In this document: positions 28,498-34,463 of the stretch, one piece after another
How positions within the stretch are numbered: position 1 is the stretch's first letter
Layout of the letters: each line of letters starts with the position of its first letter
From: an uncultured Mycoplasmatota bacterium
Lineage (GTDB): Bacteria > Bacillota_I > Bacilli_A > RF39 > UBA660
DNA: 34,463 nucleotides
Assembly: GCA_948472605.1 (NCBI GenBank)
Contig: CAOKUH010000001.1
Location: 1-34,463 of the forward strand
Reading direction: 5' to 3'
Program-made: the position numbers and the translations under genes
The notes under the pieces: model-generated
What the model was told of the DNA's origin: nothing
The model's database searches: none
What the model saw: only the letters and a program-made list of their open reading frames with translations

Positions 28498-29115
28498 ATG
28501 AAGAAAGAATTTATAAAAAAAGCTTGGAAAAATCCCAGATGGCACTCTCTCATAGTGTTAATAATTTGGATAGTAGTCCTAACAATTCTCATGGGAATAA
28601 CTACATTAATTCAAAAATTTAGTTCTCCTAATACTCTAAACTCTAGTGAAGTATCTAAAAACTCATATGATGAAAAATTTCAAAGATTAATTAAATCAGA
28701 CTATGCCTTTACATATGAAATAAATCTAAATAATGAAATTATCAAATATGATGGAATAAAATATGAAAACGTAATAAATGGCTATCGAGAAAGAAAAGAT
28801 GGAATTATTAAATATATAATTCAAGATGGAATAAGTTATAGTATCTTATTAAATGAAAAAAATATTATTACCAATTTATACGAAAATATTAATAGTAATC
28901 TTTTAGACTTAAACTATCTTTATAATTTAACTAAAAATATTGAAGAAGATGAATATAATTATACAGAAAATATTACTACAAACACCCATGAATATAATTT
29001 ATTTTTAGATAATGAAAATATTAAAATAACTATTATCGAAAATAAAAAAAATATTGAAAACATTATCATTTTAAAAGATCAGACAAAATATGATTTAAAA
29101 TATATTATAAGCTAA
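28498..29115 (+). CDS. Hypothetical membrane-anchored protein
   Basis: Single N-terminal TM helix (WHSLIVLIIWIVVLTILMGITTLI). Starts 3 nt after fmt. Confidence 0.5.
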   Translation: MKKEFIKKAWKNPRWHSLIVLIIWIVVLTILMGITTLIQKFSSPNTLNSSEVSKNSYDEKFQRLIKSDYAFTYEINLNNEIIKYDGIKYENVINGYRERKDGIIKYIIQDGISYSILLNEKNIITNLYENINSNLLDLNYLYNLTKNIEEDEYNYTENITTNTHEYNLFLDNENIKITIIENKKNIENIIILKDQTKYDLKYIIS

Positions 29116-29145
29116 TGGTGATTTATTCGTTAAGTAGGTGATATT

Positions 29146-30177
29146 ATGTTTAATGATAAAATAGGAATCTTTTTAAAAGAATTGAGATTAGAAAAAAAAT
29201 GGAGTCAGCATAAATTAGCTGAACAAACAAATATTGATGTAACTAAGATAAATCGTTATGAAAATGGTAAAAGATTTCCAACATTGGATGATTTAATTAT
29301 TTTCAGTACTATTTTTAATGTATCTTTAGATGAATTACTAAATGGTCAAAGACAAAAAAAGTCTAAAAATAACTCAGCTTTAATAAATTACCTAAAATTA
29401 CAAAATACCAAAATAAAAAAATTCAAATTATTTTCTATTTTATTAATAATTTTGTGTATAATCTTTTTTATAATTATAGCTTTTTTATATTTTTTTAATA
29501 ATTATAAAAGTATTCGAGTATATAGTTTTTTTGGTAATTCCGAAAATTATAAAATTGAGAACGGAATTTTGGTTTTATCAAGAGAGAAAATGTATTTTCA
29601 AATTGGGTCTATAAAACCAAATGTAGAGGAAATAGAAATTTATACTGAAAAAAATGATATTAGAACTTTAGTATATAAAGGAAATACAACTGAAACTATA
29701 AAAGATTATTATGGTTATAATTTTTTTATATCTTATAGTGATTTTATAAAATCTAAGCAAAATATAATTATAGTAATCAATGGCGAAGAAATTAAACTGA
29801 ATTTTAAAGAAGATTTTATAAATGATAATATTATCAATTCTAAAATTGAATCTATAGGTTCAAAAAATCAATCTATAAACGAAATTCCCATAAAAATAAA
29901 AAAATATTTTGAGTGTAATGATAATTTTTGTACTTTAAATAATAAAAATGAGTTAATAATTTATAATAACGGAATTTTTGATGTAAATTTAGAAAAAGTG
30001 TCTTATTCTTATGACATATCAAACTCAATTTTAAATTATACTCTTTTAGAATTAAATGAAACTTATTCACTAAAGATTGATAATGATAAGGTATTTTGTT
30101 TAGAAAATAGTTGTCCTGATTATGAAGTTTTATATGATAAATTTTATAAAAATTATTTAAAGAAATATTTATTTTAA
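29146..30177 (+). CDS. XRE-family HTH regulator with a central TM helix and extracytoplasmic C-terminal domain
   Basis: HTH: LKELRLEKKWSQHKLAEQTNIDVTKINRYENGKRFPTLDDLIIFSTIFNVSLDELL. TM: LFSILLIILCIIFFIIIAFLYFF. Confidence 0.75.
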   Translation: MFNDKIGIFLKELRLEKKWSQHKLAEQTNIDVTKINRYENGKRFPTLDDLIIFSTIFNVSLDELLNGQRQKKSKNNSALINYLKLQNTKIKKFKLFSILLIILCIIFFIIIAFLYFFNNYKSIRVYSFFGNSENYKIENGILVLSREKMYFQIGSIKPNVEEIEIYTEKNDIRTLVYKGNTTETIKDYYGYNFFISYSDFIKSKQNIIIVINGEEIKLNFKEDFINDNIINSKIESIGSKNQSINEIPIKIKKYFECNDNFCTLNNKNELIIYNNGIFDVNLEKVSYSYDISNSILNYTLLELNETYSLKIDNDKVFCLENSCPDYEVLYDKFYKNYLKKYLF

Positions 30178-30181
30178 AAAA

Positions 30182-30196
30182 TTGACAAATTGTCAA
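30182..30196. promoter_or_regulatory. Perfect 6-3-6 palindrome TTGACA-AAT-TGTCAA: operator candidate, -35, or short terminator hairpin
   Basis: Lies 5 nt after the XRE gene stop and is followed by TATTTTTTT and TACTATAAT, about 55 nt before the next gene. Confidence 0.4.
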
Positions 30197-30251
30197 TATT
30201 TTTTTTACTATAATTATCTTATAGTGTTTTTAGGAAAGGAGGAAAAAAACT

Positions 30252-30965
30252 ATGAAAAAAAGAATAATATTTCTAGCAGTATCATTTTTAGGTTTAATAC
30301 TAACTATTAAACAAGTTTATGCAAATACGATATTTTACGAAAATGATAATGGAGTAAAACTTACACAAAAAGAATATGATTATATTTCTAATTTATATTG
30401 GGATGGCTATCAGCAATATTTAACACCAAATGATTATGATGTATTTAAAGAAATGAATTTTTTTGATAAAAAAATTGAAAAGCAAACTATTAATTTACCT
30501 ATTTCTAGAAGCACATCGGTTACAAGTCATATGAGAACATTATCAATTGCTAAATCTTGTAATAGTAATTGTGTAGTTAGTTTAGTTGAAGCTTGGAATG
30601 GTACGCCTACTATAAAGAGTTATGATGTTATTGGAGCTAGAATTTCAGGAGGAGAAATAACAAATATAATTAAAACTATTGTTACTGGAAATAATTATAG
30701 TCAATCTTATAATGATTATCAAAAAAATGGTAACGGATTTGGTGTTTCTGTATTAGTTCCAAACGTTGATAATATTAAAACAATAGTTACATTTATGACA
30801 ACTACAAATGGCGAAATCTTTGGTAGTTATCAGCACACCATGAAAAATATTTCCAAAAGTGTTAGTGAACAATATATTATTGGAGCAGGTGGTTACGGAA
30901 ATGTTTTTAATTTTAGATTTGGGGCTAATGGGGTATATGATGGTGCTCCTGGAGTTTCAATATAA
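30252..30965 (+). CDS. Secreted hypothetical protein
   Basis: Signal peptide MKKRIIFLAVSFLGLILTIKQVYA. GGAGG SD. Confidence 0.6.
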   Translation: MKKRIIFLAVSFLGLILTIKQVYANTIFYENDNGVKLTQKEYDYISNLYWDGYQQYLTPNDYDVFKEMNFFDKKIEKQTINLPISRSTSVTSHMRTLSIAKSCNSNCVVSLVEAWNGTPTIKSYDVIGARISGGEITNIIKTIVTGNNYSQSYNDYQKNGNGFGVSVLVPNVDNIKTIVTFMTTTNGEIFGSYQHTMKNISKSVSEQYIIGAGGYGNVFNFRFGANGVYDGAPGVSI

Positions 30966-31006
30966 AATTTAAAATTAAAAAGTTTTAGAAAGATGGTAAA
31001 ATAAAA

Positions 31007-31630
31007 ATGAAAAAATTTAAAAATATAATATTTAGTATTTTTATAATAGGGTGTATTAGTATAGTACCAAAAGTTTCAGCTGCAACTATGCCTGCTTATG
31101 GCAACTATAAATTGACATGGAATATTGAAAGTATTTATTATTACATTGATGGATCTGCACCAGGTTATTCTGGTACGATTAAGGCGGCATCAAACAATTG
31201 GGTATATACTGGATGCGGATATAATAAATTATATCCTAATACTCAAACTACAAATAAAAAAGGTAGTGCTGTAGATATCTATGCAAGTTATTATGGGAAA
31301 TATACTTTTACAGCAGTTACTTACACATTTAAAAAGGTTGATGGAAATAATGTTATGGTAAACTGGGTTGGAGTTATACCTTATCGAGAAGGTACAGGAG
31401 TACCTAAAGAAAATTATACATTTGCTGAAATACATATTAATAATGATATTTTTGATGCTTATACTGACTTTAATGTTAGACAAGGAATTATAGCTCATGA
31501 ATTTGGTCATGCATGGGGTTTAGGGCATAATCCCGAAAATATGTCAAGTATAATGTATAATTATGATAATAGAGCAGTGTATACAATACAACAAGTAGAT
31601 AATGATGCATTTAATGCATTATATAAATAG
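31007..31630 (+). CDS. Secreted zinc metalloprotease, metzincin (matrixin/M10-like)
   Basis: Signal peptide. HEFGHAWGLGH (HExxHxxGxxH) followed by the Met-turn SIMY. Confidence 0.8.
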   Translation: MKKFKNIIFSIFIIGCISIVPKVSAATMPAYGNYKLTWNIESIYYYIDGSAPGYSGTIKAASNNWVYTGCGYNKLYPNTQTTNKKGSAVDIYASYYGKYTFTAVTYTFKKVDGNNVMVNWVGVIPYREGTGVPKENYTFAEIHINNDIFDAYTDFNVRQGIIAHEFGHAWGLGHNPENMSSIMYNYDNRAVYTIQQVDNDAFNALYK

Positions 31631-31645
31631 AGGAGTGATTTTGAA

Positions 31646-32311
31646 ATGAAAAAAAATAAAATTATAATTGCTAGTTCTATATTATTTTTAGCGTTAGCTG
31701 TTCCATTTTTTATAAATAAAAAGGATAACTCTTTTAGTAATACAAATAATGTACAACAAACAGAGGAACAAGAAGACAATAATGAAATACTTTTTGAAGT
31801 GACGTCTAGTGCTAGTTATCGAACTAATAATCCAAAAGAATTGTATGATATTGCAGATTTAGTTTTAATAGCAGAATATACAAATGATAAAGAGTCTTAT
31901 ATCGAAAAAAATGGAGTGGTATTTACTAATTCGGAATTTAAAGTTAAACAAGTTTTAAAAAACGAGAATGATTATAAGGTTGGTCAAAGCATAGTGGCTA
32001 GACATACTGGTGGAATTATATCATTTCAACAATTTTTAGAAAATAAAGATGATGCTTTTAAAGAAAAAGTAGGATTAAATTCTTTTACTGAAAAACAAAA
32101 AGCTAGTGGAAAAGTTCTTTTTAAAACGGAAAGTATTGGAGATAAAGATTTATTAGAAGAAAAAAATAGATTACTATTTTTAGGATATGATGAGACGAAA
32201 GAGTGTTTTGTAATTATTTATGATAACTTAGGAATGCCATCCATTTCTGAAAATAATAAAATTTTTAATGCTCAAACCAAGTCTTATACCAATTATGATT
32301 TTCTTAAATAG
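31646..32311 (+). CDS. Hypothetical secreted or membrane-anchored protein
   Basis: N-terminal hydrophobic segment IIIASSILFLALAVPFF. AGGAG SD. Starts 15 nt after the protease gene. Confidence 0.55.
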   Translation: MKKNKIIIASSILFLALAVPFFINKKDNSFSNTNNVQQTEEQEDNNEILFEVTSSASYRTNNPKELYDIADLVLIAEYTNDKESYIEKNGVVFTNSEFKVKQVLKNENDYKVGQSIVARHTGGIISFQQFLENKDDAFKEKVGLNSFTEKQKASGKVLFKTESIGDKDLLEEKNRLLFLGYDETKECFVIIYDNLGMPSISENNKIFNAQTKSYTNYDFLK

Positions 32312-32318
32312 GATGCTT

Positions 32319-32350
32319 AAAAAGAATGAATTAGGTTTCATTCTTTTTAT
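32319..32350 (+). terminator. Intrinsic terminator
   Basis: AAAAAGAATGAA-TTAGGT-TTCATTCTTTTT: 12-bp stem with T-rich tail. Confidence 0.75.
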
Positions 32351-32368
32351 TGCAATAAAGGATTATTA

Positions 32369-33352
32369 ATGAATAATCCTAAATTATACTTAAATATTAA
32401 TCTTTTGAAAATTATAGCTTGCTTTTTAGTAATTGTGAATCATACATATTCATGTATATTTGAGTTTTCTAATATAACATTTTTTGTTAAGATAGAATAT
32501 ATCATTTGTAGAATAGCTGTACCATTGTTTATAATGTGTTCAGGATATTTGTTAAATATAAAAGAATTTAATATCAAGTACTTATTAAAAAAAATTGTTA
32601 GAGTTGGAATTCCATTACTTATTTTTTCTTGTTTTATTTATTTTTTAAGAACAGAAAATTTAAATTTTGCTTTTTTTAGAGATTTTTTAAAAGAACCAAT
32701 AATTGAGCCATATTGGTATTTATATATGTTAATAGGTTTATATTTAATTATTCCATACATAAATAAGATGTTAAAAAATATAAATAACAATCAACTTTTA
32801 GTATTAATTATATTAATATTTTTCCCATCATTAATTAAATTTTTTCAATTAAACATTTCAAATTATTTATTAATGAACTCATTTTCATATATTATTGGTT
32901 ATTATTGTCTTGGTGCTTATTTTCAAAGAAATAATTTTTCTAAAATTCCATCAATAATATTAATGTTATTTTTAATTATATTTATTACTATGGGCTATTT
33001 AAATTATAGCATTTCATCTATTTTTTTTATCGATAGTATATTTATTATAATATTATCATCAATAGTATTTTTTCTTATTTTAAGAATTGATTGTTCAAAA
33101 AAATATGATTTGACATTTATTACTGATTTATTATTTATAGTATATCTTGTTCATCCGTTAATTCAAAATAAAATATTAAAATTAATAAAAATGACTGATA
33201 TTTTTTATGAAAATGTAAATTTGGGGTTGATAATTTACCAATTTTCACTTCTAATCATATCTCTTTTTATTTCATTTATAATAAATAGATTAATAATTTT
33301 ATTAAAAGAATTTATTAAAGATATAAACGAGAAAAAAGTTGTTAATAGTTAA
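32369..33352 (+). CDS. Acyltransferase family 3 integral membrane protein
   Basis: About 10 TM helices. N-terminal LLKIIACFLVIVNHT resembles the Acyl_transf_3 start. Confidence 0.6.
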   Translation: MNNPKLYLNINLLKIIACFLVIVNHTYSCIFEFSNITFFVKIEYIICRIAVPLFIMCSGYLLNIKEFNIKYLLKKIVRVGIPLLIFSCFIYFLRTENLNFAFFRDFLKEPIIEPYWYLYMLIGLYLIIPYINKMLKNINNNQLLVLIILIFFPSLIKFFQLNISNYLLMNSFSYIIGYYCLGAYFQRNNFSKIPSIILMLFLIIFITMGYLNYSISSIFFIDSIFIIILSSIVFFLILRIDCSKKYDLTFITDLLFIVYLVHPLIQNKILKLIKMTDIFYENVNLGLIIYQFSLLIISLFISFIINRLIILLKEFIKDINEKKVVNS

Positions 33353-33421
33353 TATATAATTAAATATTTATTACATTTTCATTAAAAAAGTAGCAATTGA
33401 AAATTATAAGAATTAAAAGCT

Positions 33422-33472
33422 AAAAAAGTAAGGTTTATTTAGAATGTTTATAATCTTACTTTTTTGTTTTTT
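33422..33472. terminator. Possible shared terminator between convergent genes
   Basis: AAAAAAGTAAG...CTTACTTTTTT: 11-bp AT-rich stem with a long (22-nt) loop, flanked by A and T runs. Confidence 0.35.
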
Positions 33473-33650
33473 ATAATTATATAGACTTTGTTTAAATTTT
33501 TTCTATTAAGTAGCTATATTCATCTTTATGACTTTTTGATTTGGCTGTATTAACTATAGCATCGTTTTTTACTTTATCAGTCATAAAGCTTAACACAACC
33601 TTTCAATAAAAAATTACTTCATATAAATGAGGTAAATTTAAAAAAATATT

Positions 33651-34355
33651 TTATAGTAAAGTAACTTGTCTGTCTTTTTTTATTAATCCAAATATTAAAG
33701 TTGTATTTTTAAGATATAATTGTATTCCATAAAGTCCATCATCATTTATATACTCCGAAATATCTTTTATAAGTTTTCCATTATATATAACATCATATAG
33801 TTCTTTATTTATAAGCTTATGATTTTTATTAACAATTGAATTGATATAACTAACTCCATCCATTACTTTAATATAATCTTCCTTTTTATCAAAATATTTG
33901 TATTTATAGATTTTCATATTTTTTATAGAGATGTTAATTTCTTTTTTTGCTAAAAATTCTTCTTTATGCATACATTCAAGGCAAGGGTAAACAGCGATAT
34001 CTAGTAAATATTTTTCAGCATTTATTGTTTGATTTAATTCTTCTTTTTGAGGAATTGAACTAAAATATTTTCTTTTATCTAGATATAAAACATAAGGAAA
34101 AATTGGAATAAGTTTATCTCTGTCAACACTAACTATAAATGGGCTATTATTTAATCTTATATCATAATATCTTTCATTTTGATTTTTAGTAGGTAAATAT
34201 AAATAATCTCCTATATGTTGAATAAATAAAATTAAAAGTAAATAAATAGTAATTATAATTAGTATAATTCTTTTTAATTTCTTTTTATTATTTTTATAAT
34301 ATTCTAAAGATGATTTTTGAAAGTCATAATAGGCTTTTCTTTGTTCTTCATTCAT
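33651..34355 (-). CDS. Hypothetical membrane-anchored protein
   Basis: GGTGGTG SD. TM helix RIILIIITIYLLLILFIQHI after a Lys-rich N-terminus. Confidence 0.55.
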   Translation of the reverse strand: MNEEQRKAYYDFQKSSLEYYKNNKKKLKRIILIIITIYLLLILFIQHIGDYLYLPTKNQNERYYDIRLNNSPFIVSVDRDKLIPIFPYVLYLDKRKYFSSIPQKEELNQTINAEKYLLDIAVYPCLECMHKEEFLAKKEINISIKNMKIYKYKYFDKKEDYIKVMDGVSYINSIVNKNHKLINKELYDVIYNGKLIKDISEYINDDGLYGIQLYLKNTTLIFGLIKKDRQVTLL

Positions 34356-34408
34356 ATATTCACCACCATAACAATTTATCTTTCTAGTTAAAGTTTATCA
34401 TGAATTTA

Positions 34409-34463
34409 TTTAATAGACATCTTGCGAAACTAAATATCTAAGCAAAAATTGTAAAGAGAGCAT
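34409..34463. repeat. Right arm of the perfect 55-bp terminal inverted repeat
   Basis: Exact reverse complement of 1-55. Confidence 0.95.

Noticed and set aside
33495-33584. 30-codon minus-strand ORF (MTDKVKNDAIVNTAKSKSHKDEYSYLIEKI)
   Set aside because: The putative SD is about 15 nt from the ATG and there is no supporting context. It cannot be distinguished from chance.

Overview
AT-rich (roughly 27-30% G+C by eye) chromosomal segment from a spore-forming low-GC Bacillota. The ybxB-like/rpoB/rpoC order is Bacilli/Erysipelotrichia-like, and the standard code applies (TGA is a stop). Core genes are an FtsK/SpoIIIE translocase, an HD-domain dGTPase-like protein, DUF1653, an RsmC/YbxB-like methyltransferase, rpoB, rpoC, a gerA-type germinant-receptor operon (A-C-B, minus strand), rlmD (rumA), a histidine phosphatase and fmt. 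Accessory material lies between them: a very AT-rich two-gene operon of unknown function (4229-6961), several membrane-anchored or secreted proteins, an XRE-family membrane regulator, a secreted metzincin protease and an acyltransferase-3 protein. Four things stand out. (1) The 3' end of rlmD occurs three times as a direct repeat. Each copy is followed by a homologous ~170-210 bp module, and the copies delimit two integrase-less cargo cassettes. (2) A perfect consensus promoter has a 17-nt spacer ending in a G9 tract, upstream of a surface-protein gene, which makes it a phase-variation candidate. (3) A ~590-bp non-coding element is bounded by 31-bp inverted repeats and contains a T-loop-like motif and GNRA/long hairpins. 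(4) The window itself ends in a perfect 55-bp inverted repeat. I could not support any rRNA, tRNA, CRISPR array, transposase or integrase gene.
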